Shown piece by piece: positions 11,049-24,117 of a DNA stretch of 59,859 nt. The notes beneath the pieces were generated by a model, which had not been told where the DNA came from, did no database searches, and saw only the letters and a program-made list of their open reading frames with translations. The stretch comes from Bigelowiella natans CCMP2755 (taxonomy: Eukaryota; Protista; Cercozoa). The translations under genes and the position numbers were made by a program. The stretch covers positions 1-59,859 of the forward strand of contig ADNK01001682.1 in assembly GCA_000320545.1 (NCBI GenBank), read 5' to 3'. Position 1 is the stretch's first letter; each line of letters starts with the position of its first letter.

Positions 11049-14000
11049 TTAGCTCCGGAGTAGATTTATCTTTCTAATACGCATGGTGAAGAGCTTCCGC
11101 GTGCGGTGCGCAACAAATAGAGCATGGGAGCCTTCCTTGTCGTCCTTGACAGGTGCGTCGTCAATTTCATAAATCTGCATGCCCCTTTTGACGCCTTGCT
11201 GTTCCGCCTGCGACCCTGCGTCCACATTCATGACGATGAGGTTTTTGTATGAGAATCCTACATAGCCGGCGGTGAACAGATAAACGTCCTCGTTGGATCT
11301 CTTTTCAGCACCGTTCGTCCCGCAGCAACACCACGCCAGGGGAAGGAAGCAAAGGGCCTCGAGAATGAAGATCTGGAGGATGCGGAAGGCAAAGTCCTGA
11401 CCGAAGGACGTGAATGTGCTCTGCAGCCAGACTTTCGGGTTGAACTTCATCTTCCACGACAGCACTGAGGTGATGAAGCAGCAGCCTATGATTATGGTGA
11501 CTCCCAACGCGAAGCCAATCCTGTCCCACTTTGTCCAAGTGTGATTGTCCTCGGGCTCCTCCTCTTCCGAGGCTCTCGTCCCGAAGAAAGTAGTATTGCG
11601 GCCGATTTTGCTTTTCGTCGAGGTGAAAACCATATTGGTGGTACGCTTCGTAAACGCCTTGCGTTTACGCTCTTGCTGCCTATGCTTTCGATTATCATCG
11701 AAGGCTGTATCTTCCTGTCCTCCGAGATTGAAGCTTCGTCTGGCAGAGGATAGCAAGTTCTGATTGGAGGGCGTGTTTGCGTCTGACACATTCGTTGATA
11801 GCTCGCTTTCGTCACCTCCTTGGTCGCCAGAATTAACAAAACCTAGAAGAGCAAATGATAGAAATCAGTCGGAAAAATTACCAATCAACGTGGAAACAAA
11901 CGCAACCGTAATTAACTTGTCGTGTCTATACTATTCACTCTCGCTAATTATATAATCTCAAACCACATCCTGGTTCGCCCCATCTTGTCCTTTCTTCTTC
12001 CCTATCTTACTATTCCTCTTTTTATCGCTGGGGATGGCTATTGTGGCAGTAGTCATCACCTGGAAGAGAGAAGCGCTGGCTTTCCAAGTTTATATCGATC
12101 TTGCCAGAGACCGAAGTGTGCCCACTCCCAAGTAGCACCTCATCTGACACAACCGAAGCTGAAAGATCTTGCTTTTGCTCATGGAGGTGGCGAGGCGATG
12201 CTGACGTCCCCGGCCGAGAAAGCGCAATTTTCGCACCAGCCAGCCCTGTTCCTTGAACGATCTCTCCAGCAGGGCGTGAAGAGCTGTCTTCCTTCTGGCG
12301 GGTAGAGTTTGAGCGCACCAGATCGCGCTTGGTGATGATCGAACGTAGGCGTGTGGGGGATTCAGACGCCCCTTTCTGCTGGAGGGTTCCTTCCTTACGC
12401 GGGTGCAAGGATAGCCTTTTCCGAGCAAACGAGCTTGTTTTGGAGCGCTGTACGGTACCTGTAGCGGCATGCGGCTTTGCCGCTGCCAAACCATCATTGT
12501 ACATAAAGCGAGAGGCAATTTCTTGCTCGATTGCTGCAGCTTCAGCCTGAACGCCCTCTTCATCGGAGGAAGTTTCGTCGTCGCTTGCAGGAACCAAATT
12601 CTTTGATTCCAGTTCATTGATGCTGAACTTCTTGCTGTTCAGGATCGCAAACTTCCCCACCGCATCTGGCCCCTCTTCCGCGGAGCCTGCATCCTTTTTG
12701 GTAGTCGACTTACTACTCTCGCGTTGTTGGTTCTTCACGCATCGCTTTGGTCTCCTCCTCTCTTTCGTCAAAAAGTTGTCATCGCCAGTTGCTGCAACGG
12801 CCCCTGCAGCAATGCCCAAGCCTAGAACGTTCAGGGCCTTTGCATCTGCCTGTGCATCGTCTCCTTCGCTATCCGACGACTCGCCATGGTCCTTGTTGTG
12901 GTCGTCCTCCTCAGCTTCGTCCAAGTTGTCATCCTCCTCCTCGGCGTCCATCCCTTCCCCGTCGTCGTCCCCGCCCCCCATGTCCTCTATCATCAACTCT
13001 CCACCGAGGAGACCGGAGAGGAGTAGCAGCCAGCCGAAGCAAGAGGAAAGATGGTCCTCCCCAACTACACTTACGGCAAGATGTTTTGGAACACGACGAC
13101 GAAACACCGTTGTCATTGTGATGGGGATGGGAAGTGCCATTAACATCGCTATGAGAGCGGTGGACACCCCCACGCTCATCATAGGAAGCTGCTGCTTTTG
13201 CCCAACTAGCAGCGCGCACAAAGTCATCGTGTTAAATACCAGCACCGTGAGGATGAGAATGCGCTTCATGGAGGTCACGAAGTCGCCGGGGTGCCGAATG
13301 CACAGAGCCATCCACGGGTGCTTCCTCCGCATTGACCAATACGAAACCTCCCCGAAGGTTTTTATCGATCGCGCGTTTTCCTGCACTCGGATCTTGCGCT
13401 GGTAGTTGAAGTCCCTCCAGAAGCTCACTGAGTAGTTATCGTCGCTTGCTTGTATATGAGAGTCGTAGAAGTACATCACCACGAGCGCCAGGCAGGCCGC
13501 TCCGATAATGCACATCGAAGCAACAAACACCGTATTCCCAAGGGAGAACACGTCCTCGTTTACATCGTCCTCCCCGAACGTATTGACCCCAACACGCAAG
13601 CGCATGTGCACGGAAAACATCGTCAGGTGCGAAGACTTGCAGGTGACACTGTTTCCATCACCCGACGCCGTCATCGTGCTCGTCTCCAAGCCGCTCTCCG
13701 ACCATGACTTAGACGTTTCATCCCAGAATACGCATGTGGGGACAATGCTGAGGTCATCCACTGGTGACAAGGATGCTGCAGCGGGAGCGGCAAGAGAGAT
13801 TTGGAAGGCATCGTTCGAAGTCAAGCCGGTCACGTTAACTGTGTCGCCTTCCTGAGTCTGAAGCTCCACAACCACTGTTCCTCCTATATCACTCGCATTG
13901 ATTCGTTCCTGATTGTCGGTCTTCTCTGTGTATAGTCCCCCCGCCCCGCCAATCGATACCACGCTGACTCCCAAGCTTCCATCATCCTCAGTGGAGGAGG

Positions 14001-14318
14001 CAGCCGAAGTTGATGCGCTGTTCAGTATTCCCAGGAGAGCGCTTTCGTTTGGGAATTGAACTGAGGTGTTTTGGCTCGTGGAGTAGTTTTTCCCTCCTAA
14101 AGATGCGGTGGAGAGCCTCTGCGTGAGAACCTCTAGACCCGAGGAAATGATGGCTCGGGCCTCTTCCCCTGTCTCCATGTCTCTGAGGCAGCCCTTCGCC
14201 AGCTTTACGAGGCTCGTCTCCACCTATCAACGTTAAAAAGGGGAATAAAGGGTTTGGTAATACGGATCTTCTGGTGCGAAGAACGCAGAAGATGGTCAGG
14301 GGATGGCGAGTCTCTCTC

Positions 14319-14391
<73 letters not shown>

Positions 14392-16200
14392 TATATATAT
14401 TATGCCATGAATGGTGCAATGGGTTGCTTTATTAAATTCCGTTTTCGTCTGTGTTGTTGCCGTCGTCGTCTCTATTGTTTTCCTGTCACTCATATCGATA
14501 TCACCGCAAGCTTCGCACTCACCCGTTTCGTAAGCGCAGTGCGTTGGCCTGAGGCACCACTGTTATCTTCGCTGTTTTGAAGGGAGGAGACAACGCCGCC
14601 AACGGCCGAAACGAGGTTGGTGGAAATCTCGTCGGAGAAGGTGTTCAGAGCGTCATCATTGAGCGTCTCAACCGAGCTGATGATTGACTCACGCACCTCC
14701 GCATCTAGCTCGTTCGCGCCTTCGCTGGAGTCCATCTGCGCTGCACTCCGCACCATCTCTGCAGGCAGCCGAACCTGAAGTTCTTCCGTCCCAAGTTTTC
14801 TCGAGCTCAAATACGACTGCAAAGTAGAGGCCATGCTGCGCCTAAGGCTGACTCTGGTGGCGGTGTCCACTGCAGTGACGCTGGCCCCTTTCAAGTACGA
14901 TGCTAGACCGGCCATGACTACGGCACTTTCAGCTGGGTTCCCAGAGATGGCGCTCTCGTTCATAGACTTCTCAAGGTTCGCAATCTTCGTAGCCGTGAGC
15001 ACGGGCTGCGTGACACTCACGGAAATACTGACTGGCGCTGCAAATGCGCCGTAGTAGTCTGCAACGCGTGCTCGGAGGGTGAGGGGGGAGGGCGTTCCTG
15101 CGTTGGCTGCGGCCTGCGAGGTGGAAGGGAGCAGAGTGCTGCAGGTAGAATAGACGCCAAGAGGGCAGAGGACTGACGGCGTCTCCTTCGCCCCTTCCAG
15201 GAGGAGAGCTTCAAAGGCGTATTGGATAGGAAGGTCGGTATCTGACCAGCCGCTGCAGGAAAGGGTGAATTGCGTCTCAAGGGCGTTCCCGGAGCTTCTG
15301 TCGCTGCTGCAAGCGCCGCCGGTTGGGGCGCTGTTGGTTGTGAAGGCTATGGTCGCGACGGAAGAAGCTCCTCCTGTTGATGCTGTCGCAGTGGCCGAGA
15401 ACTCGTAGGAAGTACCCTGTCACAAATGATGCAAAATTCCAGCACAAACACACACACACACACACACACACATACACACATTGAGAGGTAGAGGGAGGGG
15501 GGGAGAGAGAGCGCGAAAGAGAGAAGTTTGAGTATACGCTTTACACCCATGTGTAGGATGATGATGATACGATGATGATGATGATGACGACGACGAATGT
15601 GTCCAACTACCGGAAGCAGAGCGTTCGGTTTGAAGACAAGCGAAGGGGAGTTAATGCCGCTCCTGAGAACTTGGCTCCTGGTCGCGCCGTCACTAAGATC
15701 CAGCCCACCAGCGCTGCAACCCCACTTCACCCTCAGCCTGCGAACGGCAATGTTGTCCGATTTGAGAGTGAGAGAGATTTTGCCGCTTGCTGCGGGGGAC
15801 TTCGGTGCGGCAGTATTGATTGCGATGCTAACGGCAGGGATTTCCGTCTGCGAGGTGATGATGAGCTGTTGGGCTTGGGAGGTGCGGGGCGTTTCCGCAC
15901 CCGAGCTATCTTGGAGGGGAACACCCGTGAGCTGCATGGTGAGGCGATACTGCGTATTCGGCGTGAGGTCGTCGGATTGCACGTACGCCTTCAAAGGGTT
16001 CGTTGCGTCCGCGGTCTGTTGTTGGAGGCAGTGGTCGTTAGATAAGAGCCGTTTATGCAGATACTTATTAGCCGGGAACACTACTAAGATAGTAGTAATC
16101 CGAAAGGTCGGCACCCTTGAGGATATCTCTCGAAAGAAAGAACCAGGCCTCAAACATGCAGCAAAAATATTCCCTATCTTCCTCTCTCCCCCCCCCCACC

Positions 16201-16233
<33 letters not shown>

Positions 16234-17801
16234 GCACGCACACACACACGCACGCACACGCAGGCAACATGCATTTCAAGGCTCTCTTAGGCGCACAACC
16301 GACCACAACTGGCGAGCTGCTGCTGCCGCCACCGAGAGCTTGTAGCGCCCAGCTTGCCTGCGGCGTCCTCGTCCTGTTGGCAGGGTCGTAGGAGCCTTCC
16401 CCCGAAAAGACAACTTTGTACGCGGGGCCGGACGTCGTGACCGTCCTGTTCGCACTTCCGCGGATGGCGGCGTAAACATCGCGCACTCTCACAGCAACGA
16501 CGATCCCGCTCTCCGAGCTTCCTAACACCGTCGCCGACCCAGTAGCAGAACTGACCCGCACTGACCTCGAGGACACCTCGAAGGCGTATCGCTGGCCCAT
16601 CCTCAGCGTGTCGGGGGGGATATTCAGAAACGGGGATGCTCCCTGTGACGAAGAGAGCGGGACAGCGTGGGTGCTAACGTTGTTAGCGAGAGGAGTTCCC
16701 GCTAGCGTGCTCGAATCGCCCAAGAGCTGCCTCCACCCTACCACCGTGGTTTCAATGGTGCTATCATTGCTCAGGCATGCAGCGGCAGTGGCAGACGATG
16801 AGATCGACACTGTATCGCTCGCATCAACCCAGAGCACAGAGAAGGCGGCTCTGCCCCCCTGAAGCGTGATTATAGGCTTCTTCCCGCACTCCGTCGGCGA
16901 GATGGTTGGGCCCTCAGTAGGCGACGTTGTTGCGGGGCTTTTCGTAGGAGAGGCTGTTGGCTCCGCAGTTGGTGTGGTGGTTGGTGCTGCAGTACCACTG
17001 ATAGGCGACCCCGTTGCGACTGGGCTTCCCGATGGAGAAGCAGTCGCAGGGTTCGCGGTTGCGGGGCTCTTTGTAGGAGAGACTGTTGGCATTTCGGTTG
17101 GGGTGGTGGTTGGTGCTGTGGTACCACTGATAGGCGAAGCAGTCGCGGGGTTCGCAGTTGCGGGACTATTTGAAGGACTTACTGTGGGGCTCTTTGAAGG
17201 GCTCGCCGAGGAGCTGATTGAAGGAGTAGTGGTGGGAGAACTTGAACCCCCAAGCTCATCCGTGTCGTATTTGTACACCTTAGAAAGTGGAAGGGGGTGG
17301 GGGGGGGGGAGGGAAACGAAGATGATATGGCGAATAGGAAGTCATTGTCACTTCAACGTCTACGGACAGAGAGCGTTATCAGTGGTTGTAGTCGCTATTG
17401 TGTGAAGCGTGTTGGCCGTTATGTGTTGGAGGATCGAGCGGAACTGTTTCGCGGAGACGGCGAGAAGAAGAAGGGGAAAAGAAAGGGGGGGGGGGAACAC
17501 ATGATACGACAGACAAAACCTGGGTCTTGGAGCTTGAGGAATATTTTACACGAACGTACACGTCGCCGGTTGATGGTAAAAATCCGATCCCTTATGAATT
17601 TTGAAACGCGGCCGCGAAGGAGAAGCAATAAGCGCCCAAATAAATATGACCGATATGGAGGGAAGAAAGGCGAAAATAGAGTCTATGTGAATATTACACC
17701 TGAGACGATATCACTGCTGCCACCGCCGAGCCTGTTTCCTAAATCCTCAAGCTAAAGAAACAATTGGAATGCAAATACACGCGGGGTCAAGAAAGAGAAA
17801 G

Positions 17802-17845
<44 letters not shown>

Positions 17846-18684
17846 GGATGAGACGTGGGGTGATGACGAACCGTTGTAATTTCGCCGTTTGAAGGGTCCA
17901 CTTTCCTTACTTTTTGCTGAAACAAATACGGAGGGAGGCTTTCAGATAAAACACGACGGACTACATAAGATTGTTCAATAGGCAGCATATTGCAATCACC
18001 GTTTTTTTCAGGGTTTAATAGCATAGTTTTCTTAGATAATCGCCCAATTAGTCGTTTTGGGCAGCTTTGGGTACATGGGTTGTGTAGGACACTTACCCCG
18101 TCCGCAACGTATAGGTAGCTCGGCCCACAAGCAATGTCCCGGATTTCGCTGCAAAAAGCAAGGATAGAGGTTGTTTACACTTGGTGACGCTTATGCATGG
18201 GAGGAAGGGAAAGTGAAGAAGAGGAAGACAAAGAGGAGAACGTATATCATTCCACATGCACGCGCTACTTCGTAGGACGAAGAAGAAGATACTCATGCTT
18301 TGAACTTATCAGTAAGCAGGGGCGGCATCATATTTTTTCCTTAATATATGGCAATATATATGGAACGATCAAGTCTTGAATCGATAAATTAGCGGTAACG
18401 TTCATTCTGCTTCTTCTATTACTACTACTTACTAGAACTTCCCGCTTAATCCATCAGTGTAGGCTTGTTGGTCATTTTGGCCAGCAATCACGGTCTGTTA
18501 TTGCAAGTGGAGGAGAAACGTTGGTTTGCGTTATCACCATTCAAAATTGTATAAGAACAGTTACGCCTGGCGCGTGGTGGCCAGTGTAATCTTTTGCCGG
18601 CCAAAAAGCGATCGAAAGTATATTTTCGGTCATCTCTTACTTTTGGACTTTGAATCATCTCCACGCGTATGACTCGTGCACGCA

Positions 18685-18726
<42 letters not shown>

Positions 18727-18771
18727 GTAGAGTAGTATATATATATATACACACACACACACAACAAATAA

Positions 18772-18818
<47 letters not shown>

Positions 18819-19005
18819 ATGTGCTCAGGGCCATACCATCTGGCCTCCCAACTACGACTTTTCGTATCTTTCTCTTTGAACTAGTAAGTGAATGGTTTGA
18901 GATAGTAAGCTCCACCCAAATATTAGTCATCAAAACTTTGCATTTCTCATATTGGCTTCATCCAGTAATAACAAGCAAAAAAGGCGTTGAATACCGCTCT
19001 CTCCC

Positions 19006-19073
<68 letters not shown>

Positions 19074-19215
19074 CTGTGTATCACCTCATTTGATAAATGA
19101 TAACTCCTCTACAAACATGTTGCGTGATGAATGGTTTACCTCTCTCCGTAGTAGAGGATGTTTGGGTTACTATCATGGCCGCAAATGCCTATGAAAATAA
19201 TAATGTGTGGTGTGT

Positions 19216-19252
<37 letters not shown>

Positions 19253-20257
19253 GAAGGTATACTCGTCATATTAAATACTTTTCCAAAAACATAAAGAATA
19301 GAGATGAAGGAGCTTCTTCGAGTAATCTAACGTTTAGAATTTTTCTCCTCTCCTTCACCTGCGACATCGTTACTGCCGAAACTTGCTGTGATTGATGGGC
19401 CGTCGGAGTCGTTGTTATTCTGTGGGATGGATGTAAGGAGGAAAGGAGCGAATAGCCAAACAACGCACAAACCATCAAATCACGCATTCACTTAGCAAAT
19501 CATGGGTATTTATTGGTGTGCGAATCTGTATCTGATGAACATATGCAACGGCTACTGAATTCTGGTCTCTATTCAAGACAGGTGGTTTGAAGAAGAAGAA
19601 GAAGAATAAGAAGAAGAAGGAGGAGGAGGAAAAGTTGCTTTCATCACGAAAACCAAACGCCTTCGCCCATCTTTCGCCTACCATGAGGTATATACACGCA
19701 TGCCGTCATCATTCGTCGCTACCCCATCGCCAGCGACGGTGGTCACTTGCTGGTTTGAGAGCAGAACTTGCCGAATCCTCTTGTTGTTCTGGCAAAGGGT
19801 GATAGGCGAAAGGGGGTTCAAGAAGGCAACGGCAGGTTTCCTTTCAGGACAGCGCGACAAGAATCTGCAAGGATGTGCGGAAGTTGTCTTTTGCTCCCCC
19901 CCCCCCCCCCCTCCCCCCCCGCCTCTTTCGTCTCTCCACGTTGCAATGAGCGAGGTCAGGTCAGTGCCGTGTGAGGTGTGTACAACTGTTCTATTTCTAA
20001 TCATAAAATGATGAGGCGGCTGCTGCCATTACCCCGTCGAGTATAAATAATTTCGCAGTATTTGACCAAACTACATAAGCTAATCCGTTTATCTAGAAGG
20101 GAAAAGAAGGTGTGGCCAGGGAGGGTGGGGGGGGGGAGAGGAAGGGGGAGAGGGAGTAAGATGCAGAGCAGCGAGGCGGCACGAGCAGAGCGACTACATG
20201 TTAACCATATACTGCACAACACCGACAGCAATTCTTGTGCGCCGTACTGTGGGTGTA

Positions 20258-20288
<31 letters not shown>

Positions 20289-20527
20289 TGTTTAACCATT
20301 ATTGGCCACGCACATAATATGCATAAAAAACAACACGACGAGGAGGATGACGACGACCGCAGAGCTAGATGATTAAGCAAATCAGGCAATGGGCGCGGTG
20401 TTCCCTGCTGACCCACCATTTGAAATCGGGCCGTATTCCCTGTGCCATCGTTGAAGGAGCAGGATCCCCGAGCGCCGAGCTCAGTTGTGCTTTGCCCTCC
20501 AATGGTAAGTTTTCGTACAATGCAGGT

Positions 20528-20598
<71 letters not shown>

Positions 20599-20764
20599 TG
20601 AAATCAAGGATGGAATGATATGCAGGAGCTTATCTACAAATGTTTAGAACAAATAATGTACATTGAAAGGATACACACACACACACACACACTCACTCAC
20701 TCACTCACACTCACATATAAACACATAAACACGCACACATACACACGCAGGCATACACGATATA

Positions 20765-20806
<42 letters not shown>

Positions 20807-21098
20807 TGTTTGTGTGTAGATATGTGTACGTAGAACCACATCGCTTTCAGATCGCCATACAAATAACTCTCAAAACAGTGTAGAGCAGTAGTATCATGCA
20901 TCATCACGCAGAGACACATATTTCGTCGTTATTCCCACGGTGTCCAAAATACTATAGAAAATAGCAGTAAATCGGCAAAAACAGCATATCTCTAGTTTAT
21001 ATGGCTCTTAGCCTATTCGTCCTTCATCACACACCGAATTCTCCGAGATATAGACAACCTACATATGCATATACGTGTTAATAAATGTAGATAATAGG

Positions 21099-21131
<33 letters not shown>

Positions 21132-21296
21132 GGACAGGTCGATACGAAGATTAACAGCATCCTTACTAGTACAACCGTATATATACCCCAATAGTTCGTT
21201 ACGTTAATACACTTTAAAGCAAAGGTTTTAAAAGATAAGAGAGAATTCAGCATGAAGCAATCCTTTCGGGACCACATCTATCGTCCATACATAGAA

Positions 21297-21340
<44 letters not shown>

Positions 21341-21349
21341 CTCTCTTTT

Positions 21350-21390
<41 letters not shown>

Positions 21391-22378
21391 TTACTTTGTT
21401 TGAGCTTGCGTCCTCTCCACCATCAAAATACTGGCAAAGGCAAAGTAGAAATTGTCGGTGATGTATATGAAAGGGCGCGATATATTGCACAAATATATGA
21501 AATATATCCGAAAACTATCATGTTCAGCGTATCATATCATGATGGTAGCTCGTCATTACGGCGAATTCGGGGCGGGGTAGTTTAAAAGAGGGCTGTTTCT
21601 TTTGATCTTCGGGCATTCAAGTCCTACCGTGGGTTCGTTAAATTTTGCGATACCAGTCGGCCCGTCTTTGTAGCCTGCGCCTACGTGTGCGGTGTATGCG
21701 TGTGCGGTGTATGCTTTAGTGATTGGATGGCAGTGTCAAAACGACAAAGAAGTACTGAGGGCTTTACACACCCTCCATTTTTCCCCCCCTCCTCCTTCTG
21801 CTGCGTGTACGAAATACTTATTCAGAGGCTTAAGAACCTTGGGTGGTGAGATCAGAAGTTGACGTCGTGTATTGAGACAGACCATTCTGGAGGGGGGTTC
21901 GGCGAAGAACAAAACACATGTCAATCTTTCCTGCAACAAGGTAAATGGAATGGCTTTATCATCTATCTACGCTGCTGGGAGGAAACTATTGGTCGAATAT
22001 GTTTATTAGTAGAGACGCTGCTCTCGCCTCAGTTCCGCTGCTATCTTCCTCATTGTTGAAATGTGTTTCAGAATGAATGAAATGTGTTTCAGAATGAATC
22101 AATACTACCCTATTGTATATGATGTTGTCTGCCGCAAACGCAACCACATCGCCTTGATCTTTAAGAGTCCCGCCCTGATTCAAGATCAGCGTTCCCTAAA
22201 AATAGAAGAGTTTTATCGGGATGATAGAGAAGCTACTCGTCCTCAAGCCACTGTTTATTGTTATACATTCATTCAATAGTTTGCGCGATCTGTTACGAAG
22301 TCTCACCGTCAAGGTCGATGTCACTGGGACGCAGTAAGCGCATAGCAGCAGTGTAGCGACCCGCACAGCAGAGCGCAT
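11049..22378 (-). CDS. Polycystin-1/PKDREJ-like receptor: signal peptide, mucin-like stalk, REJ-like region, GPS/GAIN cleavage motif, several TM helices, C-terminal PDZ-like domain
   Basis: Large exons 11049-11850, 12022-14223, 14490-15240 and about 15350-17280. GPS motif CVFWDETSKSWSESGLE...VTCKSSHLTMFSV is followed by a TM helix and the PKD1-type H-x-W motif (RRKHPWMALCIRHPGDFVTSMKR). REJ-like segments include FSGEGSYDP, SPSLVFKPNAL and SVRVADYYGA. Signal-peptide-like MRSAVRVATLLLCAYCVPVTST starts at 22378; joining exons 17300-22378 to this gene is less certain. Confidence 0.75.
16900..17240 (-). repeat. Coding Ser/Thr/Pro mucin-like tandem repeat within the receptor
   Basis: Near-duplicated blocks SPATANPATASP / ISGT(T/A)APTTTPT / SPTKSPAT in ORF 15347..17278. 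Confidence 0.8.
18686..18811. repeat. Compound (TA)n/(CA)n microsatellite cluster, representative of dozens of intronic (TA)n, (GT)n, (CT)n, (AGT)n and poly-C/G tracts
   Basis: Directly visible. Other examples at 32-88, 420-458, 9574-9628, 14311-14400, 20532-20594, 28076-28135, 37409-37492 and 37972-38021. Confidence 0.95.
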
Positions 22379-22839
22379 ACTTTGCTGTAGAATAGAATCT
22401 ACCGTTTTCCCCGAGGAAAATAGGTTTGCAGTTAGGGATCCTTCAAAATTGGACGCTACACTGATAAAGGTACATTACCTGCCAGTAAGGTAGAGGGATG
22501 GGAGGGGAGAAGGAGGTCAACAAAATTGAAATGGTGGCCGCCTTGTAGCCTAGTTTTTAATTTGTGGGTGCTGGATGGCGACCATGGTCACGATTACACG
22601 GTTACTCTACATTATCTCTCATTTGATATAAATTGATCTACAAATTTATGTCGTTTATCTAAATCATCCTGTGTTTTACGAAAAAAGTCTGATGATCGGC
22701 GATGTCGCGGCGTAGCCCACTTTCCTTTCACCAAAAAATCCACCTCGGTGCCAGCGGAAATCAGCGGTTTTGAATTCGGTACGAAAGTGCCAGTGACATC
22801 GGATAATAGCGGACAGAATCGGGTCAATCTGAAATCACC

Positions 22840-24040
22840 TTAAGGACTACTGTGCCATGTGCCATGTAGCAAGGGTGCAAGATTTTTGGAGTAAAATCCG
22901 GGGTTCCGGAACTTACAAATCAGTCATCGTAACTTACGGTAATTTACGTAAGTTGATGTTGTCCCATGACGGATGCTGCGAAAGCTTAGAAATTTGAGGC
23001 TCAACTTCTTGACTTTAGACTAACCAAAATTTGGACGGGTTTGGAAGGTGGTAGATCTGAATGCGTAGGAAAAGAAATCAAAAAATTGAGGCTCAGTTAA
23101 TGACTTCTAGGTCAAAATTCGTTCAAATATGAAATTTGATGGGATGACATTTTGTCTCTCGGTTTGAAGTAGTAATTTAGGGGAAATAACAACAACAATA
23201 ACAACAACAACAACAACAATGACAAGAACAACAATGACAAGAACAACAATGACAAGAACAACAACAACAAGAACAAGATTAATTTGCAAAACAGTAAAAT
23301 TCAAGGATTTTCAAAGAAGAAGACAATGGTTTTTCCTTGCATCACAAAAATATAGGTCACAATTTCAAAAGAGGGTACCTATTTTGGAGCCCCCCATTCT
23401 CGAACCTACAGATGCCAATCGCATACCCCACCAATGGCTTCCAGATCAGCAGATCATCAGAAATTCAAAGATTCTCGATGGGCGACAGGTCACAATGAAT
23501 CATTTAATTGAAAATACAGGAAATTCAATGGATAATATTGGCAGTGACAAATCTTTTTTTGTACTCCTCGATTTCCACCTCGAAAACGGCTGAAAGGAGA
23601 CGGGAAAACACGAAAATGCGCCAGATTCACCCTTCTCAAAACCCCCAAGATACTTTGAGGGGGTACTTTTGGATGGGTATCTTCTGGTCAAAAATCTTAG
23701 GATAAAACCCGTATCCCAATGCCGATACCACAAGTTTGAATTCGGTGGAGCAGAACCTCTAAATCCTCCAGAGCGATTGTAGCAGATGCATCCAAGATAG
23801 CACGTTTTCCGGGCAGAAAATGCTCTTTTCCAATGACTGATTCTCTGGTACATTATAGCTCTTTAAAAATGCAAAAAAGAAAGTAATTTGTCAATATGCG
23901 ACATGTAATTATTGATGTCTTAGTATAAATATAAAAGCAGTTCTCTTTTGGTTGGCCTTCGACGACTGCCTTAGAAATAAGGCCGAAAACCTACCGGTAT
24001 CGATTTTGCCTCGGCCTGCGCCCCCCTCCCTAAAAGCGCA
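22840..24040. mobile_element. Possible non-autonomous DNA transposon (Helentron/HINE-like) remnant
   Basis: AT-rich non-coding block in a divergent intergenic gap. It has an internal (AAC)n/(GACAAGAACAACAAT)n tract at 23188-23278 and a GC stem AGGCCG...CGGCCT near 23980-24017. No transposase, TIR or TSD confirmed. Confidence 0.25.
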
Positions 24041-24117
24041 TGTTAGCGGCCAATTCAAATTCAGATAAAATTTTAATTTTGATTTTGCCTTAGCTGTTCA
24101 ATGTTGATCGCATCGCT

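Noticed and set aside
12617-13405. Long plus-strand ORFs (also 15597-16391, 36300-37181, 54640-55104)
   Set aside because: Antisense shadows of real minus-strand exons.
18488-21461. Many short ORFs with YIYI, CVCV, LSLS or THTH runs
   Set aside because: Translations of intronic dinucleotide microsatellites.
22058-22099. 21-bp direct duplication GAAATGTGTTTCAGAATGAAT (similar short duplications near 21685 and 38243)
   Set aside because: Simple local slippage duplications with no intervening element, so not TSDs.
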